64,000 nt of DNA. Source: an uncultured Verrucomicrobiae bacterium. Its GTDB lineage: Bacteria > Verrucomicrobiota > Verrucomicrobiia > Limisphaerales > JAFGQR01. The stretch is taken from the NCBI GenBank assembly GCA_963788655.1, contig CAWBHS010000059.1, positions 125,104-189,103 of the forward strand, in the 5' to 3' direction. The position numbers were made by a program, and so were the translations under genes. Each line of letters starts with the position of its first letter. Within the stretch, counting starts at the first letter, position 1. The notes under the pieces were generated by a model. It was not told where the DNA came from. It was given only the letters and a program-made list of their open reading frames with translations, and ran no database searches. Positions 53,562 to 64,000 of the stretch are shown one piece after another.

Positions 53562-55256
53562 CTACTGCCAGGGCGCGATCAAGGCGCGTTCTTCAGTCCG
53601 CAAGCGATCCTGCGGGATCAGTTTGGCCAACTGCCGCGCTTCGGCGGGTTGACCGCTGGCGCCCAGGACCGCCGCGCGCACCGCCTGCCAACCGGGCATC
53701 AGCGCCGTCTGGTCCACCGGCACTTCCCGGAACAGCGATTGCGCGACGGTCGCTTGGTTGGCACGGAGATAGGCCAGCGCCAAGGTGGTCCGGTAGGCCA
53801 GCATGTTGGGATGTTTTTCGTACAGTTGCTTGGCCATCGCCTGGGCCGCCGCCACGTTTTCACCGGACAGCAGTTCCAAGTAAGCGAGATCATTCCGGGG
53901 CGCCGGATCGTCGGGAAACCGGGCCACCAGTTCCTTCATCAACTCCCGCAGTTCCGTGGTGCTGCCGCGTTTTTCGGTCAACCGCAAGAGCGCCAGGTAC
54001 GCCGGGCGGGCATAGTTTTCATCGTGCGTCAAACGACGATACGCCTTGATGGCTTCCTCGGTCTCCCCCAGGCGTTCGGCATACTCGGCAGCATACCAAG
54101 CCGCTTGCGGATGCTGGGCGGCGAGCCAGTGAACCTGCGCCCAGTGCGTGGCGGCTTGGCGGTCTTTCTTCAACTGGCGGGCGATCCGCGCCCGGAACAA
54201 TTCGGCCAAGACCGGTTCAATGGGAAGTTGGTCCCGGCTCAAGATGGCTTCCAGTTGCGTCCAATTGCCCAGCGAAGCCAACGCGTCACCATACACAAGC
54301 AACAAATCCTTGGTCTCCATGGCCGTCGCGAGCGGAATCATGTCGGTGACCTTCTTGAATTCACCTTTCTCGTTCAACCACCGGCCCAACAGCAGGATGT
54401 CCTCCGGCGTGCCGTGCCGGTATTTTTCAAAAACGGAACCAATGACGTCTGCCCGGGAGGACGCATCCAAGCGCAGTTTCAAATCCGCCATCATCAACTC
54501 GCGCAGGATCCCTTGGCCCGGATACGCGCTCACGCGCTGCAAGCATTCCTGAAGCTCGTCGGGTGAAAGGTCGGGCTGGGCCGCAAGCATCATAAGGGCC
54601 CGGACGGCGCCAGGTTGCTTGGATTGGGCGATCTCCCGCAGCAATGATTTGCCGGCGGCTTGGGCTTCAGGTTGGCGCATGGCCAGGTAATTTTGCGCGA
54701 GCAGCAACCGTAGCTCGACATCGTCCGGCTGGCGGGCCAAATAAGCCTTGGCAAACTTGGCCGCGCCGACCGTATCGCGCCGGGCGGAACAAATCAGCGC
54801 GCCGGCTCGCAAGATTTTCAGCGGGATGGGATCAAGCCGCAGCGCTTGGTTCATGTAGCTTTCCGCCACGTCGAATCGCCGGGTGACCAGCGCCAACTCG
54901 AGGACTTGCAGCACTTCCTCGGTGGTCGGCTTTTGTTGTGCAAACGCGCGGTGCCAATAGTCAAACGCCTCCGCCCGCCGGCCCTGCGCCAGGATGCGGG
55001 CAGCCAGGCGCAAACCGCGTCCATCGTTGGGCGCCAATTGGAGGGCGGCCCTGACTTTTTGGAAGGCTGGTTCCAATTGGTGTTCGGTTGCCAACTGCTC
55101 GGCTTGCTTCACCAGGCTCCGCACCTGATGCTTTTTGAAGCCGCGATAGCCGAACCATCCCCCCACCCCAACCACCAGGGCCAGGGTCAGGGCGAGGATC
55201 CACCAACGTTTCCGGCGCGGGTTCGACAAAGAATTGAGATTAGGCAGAAATAACAT
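53562..55256 (-). CDS. membrane-anchored tetratricopeptide-repeat protein
   Basis: Basic N-terminus, a TM helix and many TPR units (ALQLAPND, LARQPDDVEL, FPDDPAPRNDLAYL, YRTTLALAYLR). ATG 55256 lies 5 nt after the exosortase stop. Confidence 0.88.
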   Translation of the reverse strand: MLFLPNLNSLSNPRRKRWWILALTLALVVGVGGWFGYRGFKKHQVRSLVKQAEQLATEHQLEPAFQKVRAALQLAPNDGRGLRLAARILAQGRRAEAFDYWHRAFAQQKPTTEEVLQVLELALVTRRFDVAESYMNQALRLDPIPLKILRAGALICSARRDTVGAAKFAKAYLARQPDDVELRLLLAQNYLAMRQPEAQAAGKSLLREIAQSKQPGAVRALMMLAAQPDLSPDELQECLQRVSAYPGQGILRELMMADLKLRLDASSRADVIGSVFEKYRHGTPEDILLLGRWLNEKGEFKKVTDMIPLATAMETKDLLLVYGDALASLGNWTQLEAILSRDQLPIEPVLAELFRARIARQLKKDRQAATHWAQVHWLAAQHPQAAWYAAEYAERLGETEEAIKAYRRLTHDENYARPAYLALLRLTEKRGSTTELRELMKELVARFPDDPAPRNDLAYLELLSGENVAAAQAMAKQLYEKHPNMLAYRTTLALAYLRANQATVAQSLFREVPVDQTALMPGWQAVRAAVLGASGQPAEARQLAKLIPQDRLRTEERALIAPWQ

Positions 55257-55261
55257 GAGAG

Positions 55262-56911
55262 CTAGCTTTGGGTTTTGAATACGCGGATCAGTTCGGGCAA
55301 CGCGGACTGCAACGCGGCTTGTGCCTGCGATGGAGAGGCGTAACCCACCATGGCGATTTCGAGCACTTGTTGACCGCGATGGCGGACCCCATCCCACACG
55401 GCGCGAAACCGGCGCGCGCGATCCAGTTCACTCAAATAGGACTGCGCAGCCTTCGCGGCTTGCGCCGAAGTCATGGCGCCGCCTTCGTCCATCAAACAAA
55501 AAAAGACGTAGTACCGGCGACCGTGGCCTTCGAACAGATAGGTATTGAACGGCAGTTCCAAGTCCTCCACCCGCACCGTGGTCAGGCCCAGGCGGCCCAA
55601 TGATTTGAAACCGTTGGCCGGCAAACAGACATCCGGCGTGTGCCCGTGGGCTAATGCCGACGCCATGCGTCCGGCGCGCCACTGGAGGAAGAACATCGTC
55701 CATTCCGAACCATCCGGCCGCCGCCAGGAAACCGATTCGCCCTCGTCGCAACGCAAAATGACGCGGACGCGGGCAGGGAGTTGGCCGGCTTGGAATCCCG
55801 GATCCCGCCGGGGCCAAACCACCGTCCAACCCAATCCGTCGGGAGCCATCAGCTCGTGGCTGCGATACCAAGCCTCGGTGCCGGCCTCGATTATGATCAG
55901 CCAGCCGACCAGGGCGAATACCAGTTTAGGGCTGAGCGGGCGGGGATGGAGGAATGGAGTTGCAGGATTGGTGGGCTGATGAATTGAACTGGATTGCGGG
56001 ATGGATGGGCGTGGTTCTTCGATTGGTTTATGCGAGGGTGTGTCGGGGTTAACCGCAGCGCGGTCGGCGGATGGAATACGTTTGAACCAGAGGCCCAGCG
56101 CCCCGACGAGGGCGAGGGATAATCCCAGGGTGAGGTAACCCGCGGGATCGTGCCAGGCGACCTGGGCATCGATACCCCGCCAGGCGCAAATCCACGTGAG
56201 CAGGCAGGTGCGCAGCAAATTCATCAATACTGCGCCCCCCAACCCGAGCACGATCAGCAGGCCGCGGCGGACCGTCGGCAATCGGTGCAATTCCCCGATC
56301 AGGATCGCGCCCATCAGGATTGTTTGAATGGAGCGGATACCACTGCACGCTTCGTTGACCCCCACGGTGCCATTGGCCAGTTCGATCAAATTGCCGTGCC
56401 GGGTGGCCGCGATCCCCAAGAGGTTCATGCCCTCGGTGGTCACCGCCGCTACGCCGCGCATCAGCGATTGGATGAGGCCGTGCTCCATTTGCATGGGCCA
56501 GGGCACGGCCGTGAGCAGGAACACAATCGGCACCAGAAAGTGTTTCAACCACGGCCGCCCGCCGGCATACCGGAGTGTGCTCAAGGCCAACGCCGTCGTG
56601 ACGAGCGCCAGCAACCAACTCATCAGGCGCCAATCCGGGTTCGCCTCCTGCACCAACCGGATGGGAAAAAGTACGGCGAGCAGTCCGAGGACGACCCGCC
56701 CAAAACACTTGCCCGGTGGAGCCGGCTGGGTGGGGGGCCGGTCTTGCCACCGTTTCCAAAATAAATAGAGCACCAAGCCCGGCACGCCCCAGCCGTAACT
56801 GTATTGGGGATTGACCGCCCACTCGACGTGCAGTTGGCGGACGGCGAGACAAAGCAATCCCCCCAACACCAACGCATAACCGATCAGGTAATTGCGGGTG
56901 CCGATGCTCAC
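55262..56911 (-). CDS. exosortase with EpsI-like C-terminal domain
   Basis: W..NPQYSYGW.VP, FLLTAVPWP, GNLIEL, catalytic VNEACSGIRS, NLLRT, WHDPAG; C-terminal HTPDVCLP..G. Start uncertain (56911-57013). Confidence 0.9.
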   Translation of the reverse strand: MSIGTRNYLIGYALVLGGLLCLAVRQLHVEWAVNPQYSYGWGVPGLVLYLFWKRWQDRPPTQPAPPGKCFGRVVLGLLAVLFPIRLVQEANPDWRLMSWLLALVTTALALSTLRYAGGRPWLKHFLVPIVFLLTAVPWPMQMEHGLIQSLMRGVAAVTTEGMNLLGIAATRHGNLIELANGTVGVNEACSGIRSIQTILMGAILIGELHRLPTVRRGLLIVLGLGGAVLMNLLRTCLLTWICAWRGIDAQVAWHDPAGYLTLGLSLALVGALGLWFKRIPSADRAAVNPDTPSHKPIEEPRPSIPQSSSIHQPTNPATPFLHPRPLSPKLVFALVGWLIIIEAGTEAWYRSHELMAPDGLGWTVVWPRRDPGFQAGQLPARVRVILRCDEGESVSWRRPDGSEWTMFFLQWRAGRMASALAHGHTPDVCLPANGFKSLGRLGLTTVRVEDLELPFNTYLFEGHGRRYYVFFCLMDEGGAMTSAQAAKAAQSYLSELDRARRFRAVWDGVRHRGQQVLEIAMVGYASPSQAQAALQSALPELIRVFKTQS

Positions 56912-57197
56912 CGAATTGCTCGCTTCTGCCACGCTGGCTTTGGGGGAGCAAACTTCGCACCACGAGGAAGACGAGGTCGTTGCAATTTGCCCAGACAGCG
57001 CGCCACGCGGCAAATTCTTCGCAGCAGGTCCAATGCGCCAACATGATCCGGGTGAAATTGACCTGGTGGAGATCCAATCAGACGATCACCGTCGGTAGCG
57101 CCAGTTTCGAGCAAACCGCTGCGGCCAGTAATCCCGGTCGCAAGCGGCTGGCAAAATTCGCCGGCAGGGACACCCGATGCGCCACGGGAATGAACGG

Positions 57198-60100
57198 CTA
57201 CCGGGCGGCGGACTTGGCGTCATCGGGCGCCGGGGTTCGCGCATGCACCGGCAGCGGAGACGAGTCAAATACTGAAGGTGGCTTCGATTGAACGCTGGCC
57301 GGTTGTGTGATGAGTTTGTACGGTTGCTGTGCCAATCCGTCCTCCGGTGGCGCGGCGCAAGCAAACGGCACGGATTCAGCCTGATCGAAACGTGCCAAAT
57401 CCCGTTGCGCCAGCGCGGCGCGGGCGTCCTTCGCTTGCGCGTAGCAATCCGCGCGCAACTGAAGAAAGGAGCGATTCCACGGCACATCAGGTTCCAGCGT
57501 CACCACGGTTTCATGGGTGAAATGACTGAACCCGTCCTCGTCCAAATGGGCGGCCAATTTCAGCCGGGCAGCGAGCCGTTCATTGTTCATGATTTCCACC
57601 GCGAAGGGTTTGCGCAGGGCTTGAAACATTGCCCAGGCATACCGGCGCGAACCGCTTTCGACCGCCAGTCCGGCAGCGGCTTGAATCGTATTGTGAACCA
57701 ATTTGCTGGCGGCCCAGGCATTGGTGCGCCAGGCGGCGAACGCACGCTCAAATAAGCCGAAACCACGATCCAATTCACCCTGGGTACACCAGTAACGCGC
57801 CAGCACCGCGTCGGCTTCGCTGGGATTCCAGGCGCGCAATTGCCCGGCGTAGGCCAGCGTTTGGGTGGCGCCGAGGGTAGCCAGACTGTGAGCAAGGATG
57901 AGCAGTTCCACCAAGTCGCCAGGGGGCTGGGATTGACTTTGCCAATCACGGACCACTTTGCTCAGTTCCCCTTTCGCATAAGCTTGCTTGGCCGCCAAGC
58001 GGGCTCGGAATGCGGGCGTGTCCAACTCAATGAGTTTCGCGCCCCGGTCCAACACCAGCGACGAAGCGGTGCGATCGGCAATCAACCGCTGATCCAACTG
58101 CCCTCCGCTCACGTGCGGCCAATTAAATCCCCCCTCGCAAGCAATCTCCGTCAGGGCATCCAGATTGAACGTGGTCTTCGCCCCCACCGTCCAGGCAAAG
58201 GTGAACTCGAGCTGATTGCGGTCGTCGGTGTTGACGAACGGATGTTCGGCCGCCACCGCGTTGGCCAGCTCGCTATTGGCCACGTAACGGGCGAACAGGC
58301 CCTCGACGTCGTTCACCCGCCAGACGTGGGCAACCGCGCTGCGATACGGCTCGGTTTGCAACCGGGCGCGCAAAGCCGACAGGTCATACACGATGGGCTC
58401 CCGTGACGCCACCAACAGCATGTCACCCGACGTGGAACGCCAGGTATCGATTTCTGGAAAAACACTTCCCAGCGTGGCATAAATGGCATCAATGGTGGCC
58501 CCGTCCACTTCATAAGCCTGGACCCATTGAACGAACAGGCCCTGGGGCTGCAAGCGGCCGGCCGCGGCTTCGTAGAATTCGCGCGTGTAAAGACTGGCCA
58601 CGCCGGCCCGGTACGGATTCGAAGGCTCGGAAGCGATGACATCATAGCGCGCGTGGGTCGTGAGCATCACCTCCCGGGCATCACCAATGCGGACGTGGAC
58701 TTTGGGATTGGCCAACGCGCGGCAATTGACCGGTGCGCAAAACGCCGCCGCCCGCACCACCGCCGGTTCCAACTCCACCACGTCCACGCGACCGATGGAT
58801 GGCACCGTGCCCAGCCAACCCGCGCTGGAGCCAGTGCCCAAACCTATGACCAGCGCCGTGCGTGCTTGCGGATGCACCAGCGCGCCGAGCAATCCCAACA
58901 TCACCTGCGTGCCGGCATCGCCCCGGGCGTTGCCGTCGGATTTACCATTGACCATCAGTGCCAAACCATCCGAATGGGCCAACGCAATGCTGCTCTCGCG
59001 GCCTTCTTCCTCCCAGAACAGGCTCATCCGGCGGTTGTGCAAAAAGCTGCGGCAGGCGTTCAACGTCCAGTCCTTGGCTTCCACCCGGCCGGCACCGATG
59101 GGGGTGTGCCGCCAAACCGCGGTCGGTCCTGTCGCCTGCAGAACGAGCAACGCGGCCGCACCGGCCGTGGCCAGAGGAACGGCCAGCGGTCCCAACCGGC
59201 GTTGCTGAAAGTAGTGCCGTCCCAACGCGACGGCCGCGCCCGCCACGAGGACGGCGACGGCCAACCGCCAAACTCCCGGCGCGGTCAACCAAGGCAACAG
59301 CCCGAATCCGCCCGCCAACGAACCGGCAATGGCCCCGGCCGTGTTCCAGGCATAGACCTTGCCCGTCTGCGCGCCAACCGCCGTACGTCCTTGGCCGAAC
59401 AGCGCCACCAGCATGGGAAATTGCAGTCCGGCGCAGAACGCGGTGGGGAAGACGACGGCGAACGTAACCAGGCTCCATGACACCAGCTTGCCCGCGATCC
59501 CGAGGCTGCCCAGCGGGTGCAGAATAATCGCAAACACGGCCAGCCAATCACCGATGGCAAACGGCAAGGCCAGACACAACGCCTCCAATCCCCAGACCAG
59601 CGCCAGACCGGCGAGGGTCACCGGACGGTTGGCGCGCCAGAGGGAATATGCCAGATTGCCCAACGCCATGCCCAACAAGGCCATGGCCAGGATGAGGCCA
59701 AAGTTAAAAGTCGTTCCGCCCAGGAGCGGACTGAGCATCCGATACCACACCAGTTCCATTAAAAAGAACACCGCCCCGCTAAATCCGGCAGCGCTCAACA
59801 CCATGGCGCGGGGCACCGAGCTGGGACTTGGTTCAAGGTACAATTTCTTCAGGGGCGGTGGGATGGTGAATTTCTCCATGACTAATCCCGGTCACTTCCG
59901 TTGCCCGACGTGAAAGCTGCCAAGCCAGGAAGGCGATGCCCAGGTTCAATCCACAAGCCGACCACAAGGTCCAACGGTTACCCCAGTGCTCGAACATCCA
60001 GAACGTGGCCAGACAAACTCCGGTGACGGCTCCAAGTGTGTTGGCTCCGAAGGCCAGCGCGACCTGACGCCGACGGAGATCACCGGCGCCCTGCAATGCC

Positions 60101-60522
60101 CTGGCGACGGCGGGCAGGGTGCCGCCCATGAGCAACGTTGGGATGCCCAGCACCAACACAGCCAGTAGCAGGCGCATCAATGTGCCGAAGAACATGCCGA
60201 GCGTCAGGGTGCCCCCCAGGCCGATGTAGGCATGCCGGCACAACCACAGCAATCCCGGGGTCAAGGCGGCCGTGGTGGCAATGCCCAATTCCAACCGTGC
60301 ATAAAGCCGCAACGGATTGACCTGCCGGTCGGCGCGTTTGCCGATCAACCAACTGCCCAGGCCAATCCCGCCCATGAAAATGGCCAGCACCGCCCCGGTG
60401 GCGGGTGTGGACGCGCCGAAAATCAAACGGAACTCGCGGAACCACGCCATCTGATACACCAAAGCGCACAGACCGGACGCCAACAAACAAAGCACCACCA
60501 GCCCCGATGTTCCCGGGTCCAT
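57198..60522 (-). CDS. fused MFS-like membrane / spermidine-synthase-like SAM methyltransferase protein (+1 frameshift near 59835-59880)
   Basis: SGLCALVYQMAWFRE..FG, YARLELGI, LMGGTLP, NTLGAV.G; second repeat ELVWYRML; LMVNGKSD, VIGLGTGSS, VDVVELEP, GDAR, YDVIASEPSNP, LYTREFY. Confidence 0.88.
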
Positions 60523-60774
60523 CCGACGGGAGAAGGACGTTTCGTTTTGCACAGTATTCTCGTATTCAACGGCCCGGACCACGCGATCGGGCACGCCCAC
60601 TTCCTAACGGAGCACTTCACAAGCCAGCAATCCGGCTGTTTCAATTCACGCACCAGCGATGCCTGGACTGTCGCCGCATCATTGGTCAATTGGGCATTGG
60701 TCCCGCGCTGGCCATTGGGCCTGGCCCCCGGATCATTCGGCAACGGCGCGGCCAAACTTATTCGGCTCGATGCG

Positions 60775-60803
60775 TTGACTTGTGGAAAGACGCGGTTCAT
60801 ACT
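60775..60803 (+). promoter_or_regulatory. sigma70-like promoter, probably giving a leaderless transcript
   Basis: TTGACT-17 nt-CATACT ending 6 nt before ATG 60810. Confidence 0.6.
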
Positions 60804-60809
60804 CGCACT

Positions 60810-61568
60810 ATGAGTTTTGACATTTCACGCCTCCTGGACCAGTGGAGTTACGAACCTGGTCGGGTTGTAGTGAGACGGTTTGAGGGCAAAGATGGCGAAG
60901 AGAAGATTCAGCTCCGGGTGGATCTGGGGCTCTTGCAAATGAACGCCCACGGACGTCCCGACGGCAAAAAACCCCTGGGACACCCCTCGTTGTTCGAGTG
61001 CTACGTCAGTAAACTCAACAAGCGTCAAAAATCACGCACCGACGAGGGCGACTTCATCCTCGGGACCGAAGAATGCGCCAAATTACAGTTGGAAGTGCTG
61101 CAATACCATCATCGCAGCATTTGTTTCCTGGAACTCCAGGATTTTTCCGCTGCCATCCGGGATACCGAACGCAATCTCAAGGTGCTGGATTTCGTGGATG
61201 AATACGCCGAAACCGACGAATTGGCCTGGTCGCTCCAGCAATTTCGGCCGCAGATCATCATGCTTTATACCCGCGCCAAAGCCACCCGCCAGGTGCAATC
61301 GAACCGGTTCCGCGCCGCCATCGAACAAATCGAGGAAAGCCTCGAAGAACTACGGGCCTTCTTCGAAGACTACGGGCGGCAGGATCTGCTCGAACACAGT
61401 CCGGAGATTGTGTCCCTCGAACAGTGGCACGGAGAATTGAACAAGAACCGTCCGTTGACGCGGCGCGAACGGCTGCAACTCGATCTCGACGAAGCCGTCA
61501 AACGGGAGGACTACGAAAAAGCCGCCCGCGTGCGGGACGCCTTGCGCAAGCTGCGCTCCCCAGAATAG
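60810..61568 (+). CDS. UvrB/UvrC-motif-containing protein (PVC-type conserved protein)
   Basis: KIQLRVDLGLLQM..GRPDG, QYHHR..F, RDTERNL; C-terminal L..AVKREDYEKAARVRD (UVR motif). Confidence 0.88.
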   Translation: MSFDISRLLDQWSYEPGRVVVRRFEGKDGEEKIQLRVDLGLLQMNAHGRPDGKKPLGHPSLFECYVSKLNKRQKSRTDEGDFILGTEECAKLQLEVLQYHHRSICFLELQDFSAAIRDTERNLKVLDFVDEYAETDELAWSLQQFRPQIIMLYTRAKATRQVQSNRFRAAIEQIEESLEELRAFFEDYGRQDLLEHSPEIVSLEQWHGELNKNRPLTRRERLQLDLDEAVKREDYEKAARVRDALRKLRSPE

Positions 61569-61723
61569 CCATTCTCCGCAGGACAGCCGGCCCGGTTGTC
61601 CGAATTTCCAATGCCGCCCGGTTGGTTGGCGGCAGTTCCACAAATAGCGAACGCCTCTTGCCTTTGGGGACCGACCAATCGCTTGGTCCTGCCGGTTAGC
61701 ACTACAGCGACACTTTCACCGAT

Positions 61724-61814
61724 AGGCGCGCGGCTTTTAGGCCGCTTCAAGCACCCAAGGCCAACCAGCGGCTTGTGGAATAGGACGGTGAAGCGGCGTA
61801 AACGCCGCGCTCCT
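61724..61814. repeat. REP-like inverted doublet (GGAGCGCGGC type)
   Basis: AGGCGCGCGGCTTTTAGGCCGCTTCA versus the inverted AGGAGCGCGGCGTTTACGCCGCTTCA (23/26 identical), between convergent genes. Confidence 0.75.
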
Positions 61815-61845
61815 GCCGCGATTTGCCGGAACTGTCGCTGTAGTG

Positions 61846-62635
61846 TTAGTTCTTCGGACGAAAGCCCGGTGGCAATTTTGAAGCAGGTTGAGGCGGCGAA
61901 GACGGGGACGGCTCCGGAACCGGCGGTTCGGGCGGTGCTTCCTCGACTTGTTCTTCCGGTTCGGGTAAGCCCAGACGTTGGCGTGCTTTTTTGGCGGCGG
62001 AAGTGTTCCCGTAATCATCCACGATCCGGTGCAACAAGGCTTCCGCTTCTTTGATCTTGTTCAGTTTCCCCGTGTACAAATTTGCCAGATGAATCGCGGC
62101 CCAACCCCAGCGTTCCGGCTCCAGTTTCTTCTTCAATATCTCCTCGTACTCGAGGGCGGCCGCCAGAAAGTTATTCAAGTCCTTCTCGTAAATTTCGGCG
62201 ATGCGCAGGGCCACGTATTGCTCGCGGGGATGGCTCTTCAGGTAATCGCGCATTAATTGGATGGCCTCCAGTGGCTTGCCATCGCGCCAAATGTCTTCGG
62301 CATGTTCGTATTCCGGCCGTTTGAACGCCTCGCCCTCGTCGTCGAAAATAAACTTCTCAAACCGGTTGGCAAAGAAATGGGAAACGTCGTGGGCGGAAAA
62401 CAAAGCGAGCCCGATCAGCGCGGCTAAAATACCCCCGCCATAGACCATCATCCGCGAAACCCGGTCGGAGCGAAACTTGCCCGCTTTCGGCGGATTGGCC
62501 GAAGTCATTTTGCGTTGCCGGCGTCGTGGGCACCGGCTGCATGACCATGGAATAATTGCTATAAAATCCAAAGCCGCACCACACCGCGCAAATCACCAGC
62601 GCGGCATAGGCGACCAATTTGAGAGTATTGCTCAT
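61846..62635 (-). CDS. membrane protein (2 TM) with TPR-like domain (+1 frameshift in the 62460-62520 loop)
   Basis: N-terminal TM in ORF 62635 and continuation in ORF 62571 (RMMVYGGG..PEYEHAE..LRIAEIYEKDL..AKKARQRL). Resembles the 43940 protein. Confidence 0.78.
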
Positions 62636-62694
62636 TCGTCTAACCAGAATAGCTTAAAAATTTTCCCGGGCAGACGAAAGCAAATTCAACCGGT

Positions 62695-63958
62695 TCACGT
62701 CAGTATGCCGACGACGGCGGCGGTGAGGTAGCACGCCAGCAACCCACCCACCATCGCCCGCAATCCCAGCCGGGCCAGATGCTTCCGGCGTTCCGGCGCC
62801 AGCGCCCCGATCCCGCCGATCTGGATGGCAATGCTGGTGAAATTGGCAAAGCCGCACAGCGCATAAGTCGCCAATCTGATAGCTGCGGGGATCAAGGGCT
62901 TTTTGGGGATCGACCACGTTCTTCATATCGCTCAGCGATAAGTAGCCGATCAATTCGTTTAGCACGATCCGTTCGCCCAGGACCTGCCCGATTTGCTTGC
63001 AATCCTGCCAGGGCACGCCCATCAGCCAGGCGAACGGGGCGTTGATCCAGCCAAAAAAAGTCTCCAGCGTGATGGGATGGTCAACGCCCAGTTTAGTCTG
63101 AGGGAGCGAAATCAAGTAGTTCGCCAACGCCACGACGGCCACGAAGGCGATCAACATGGCCATGACATTCAAGGAAAGTTTCATGCCTTCACTGGCGCCG
63201 TGGCAAAGTGCGTCCAAACCGTTGGTGGTTTCCCGCGTTACTTCAGCCGGGGCGCCGGCGGCGGTTTCGCTCGGTTCGGTTTCGGGCACCATGATTTTGG
63301 CCACCAACAACGCCGCCGGCGCGTTCATCACCGAGGCGGTCAGCAAGTCGCCGGCGCTGATGCCGAAGGAGACATACGCCGCCAGCACGCCGCCGGCAAT
63401 GGTCGCCATACCGCCCACCATCATGGCGAGCAACTCGCTTTGGGTCATGCGCGGCAGATAGGGTCGGATGACCAACGGCGCTTCGGTCTGGCCCATGAAA
63501 ATGTTGGCGGCGCTCGACAAACTCTCGCTGCCACTGGTGCGCATGACCCGTTGCATCACCCAGGCCATGGCCCGCACCACCCGCTGCAAAATGCCATAGT
63601 GATACAACAGCGCGGACAGCGACGACACCAGGACGATCGTGGCGGTCACGGTGATGACGAAGATGAAGGAATTTTTTTCACCCAGCTTCTCGGTCAACAA
63701 TTTGGTGTCGGCCAGCGGACCAAACACCATTTTGGCTCCTGTGTTGGCGCATTCAATAAGCTTCATGAAAGCCGCTTGAGCATACCCAAAGATCGACCGG
63801 CCAAACTCGGTGTTGAGAATCAGCAGCGCGAACACAAACTGCAACCCCAGACCGCTAAGCACAGTGCGCCAGGGAAAGCGCTTGCGATTTACCGAAAGCG
63901 CCCAAGCCAGGGCTAGAAATGTAACCAGGCCCAGCAGGCTGATAAGCTTCAGTGACAT
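62695..63958 (-). CDS. nupC: NupC/CNT-family nucleoside transporter (+1 frameshift near 62872)
   Basis: WRTV..GL.LQ, SGSESLSSAANIFMGQTEAPLVIRPYL, GMATIAGGVL, ASVMNAPAA, LNELIGY; C-terminus ATYALCGFANFTSIAIQIGGIG.LAPERR in the next frame. Confidence 0.9.
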
Positions 63959-64000
63959 GGCCGTCGAGGCTACGGATTTCGCTCGGGCCAGTCGAGTGCT

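Noticed and set aside
57090..57190. Possible sixth REP doublet (GGTAGCGCC... / ...GCGCCACG)
   Set aside because: The arms are too degenerate to support as an inverted pair.
60405..60809. N-terminal extension of the UvrB/C-motif ORF
   Set aside because: It overlaps the divergent gene, and a good promoter lies immediately before ATG 60810.

Overview
A GC-rich (roughly 60%) chromosomal segment, most consistent with a Verrucomicrobiota (Pedosphaera/Limisphaera-like) genome. This is inferred from gene content: ECF sigmas with long extensions, lamin-tail/CotH/Ig giant protein, prepilin-type H-X9-DG protein, exosortase and a PVC-type UvrB/C-motif protein. The core content is a rhamnose catabolic operon (rhaA, rhaT, an NCS1 permease, rhaB), eno, rpsP-khpA-trmD-rplS, a ROK/PMI pair, a GlcD-like oxidoreductase, a B12 radical SAM enzyme, a PilT locus, a two-component pair, a fused MFS/spermidine-synthase protein and a CNT nucleoside transporter. 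No rRNA, tRNA, CRISPR array, integrase or transposase was seen. The most interesting items: (1) an AT-richer defence islet with an XRE-HTH fused to a PD-(D/E)xK nuclease, divergent from a beta-class DNA methyltransferase, followed by an antitoxin and a truncated ParE toxin; (2) a membrane-anchored ECF sigma factor coupled to a gene that repeats its extracytoplasmic domain; (3) a hidden C-terminal relic of a BglII/BstYI-like endonuclease before a now-orphan MT-A70 methyltransferase; (4) five different REP-like inverted doublets whose arms covary to keep their own hairpins; (5) a phosphorylation-type ECF sigma with no adjacent kinase, upstream of an STN-like protein and a pseudopilin; (6) a probable CotH pseudokinase. 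Nine clear gene splits, including two in enolase, are all +1 frameshifts and are most likely sequencing or assembly insertions. All family assignments come from motif recognition by eye; no database search was run.
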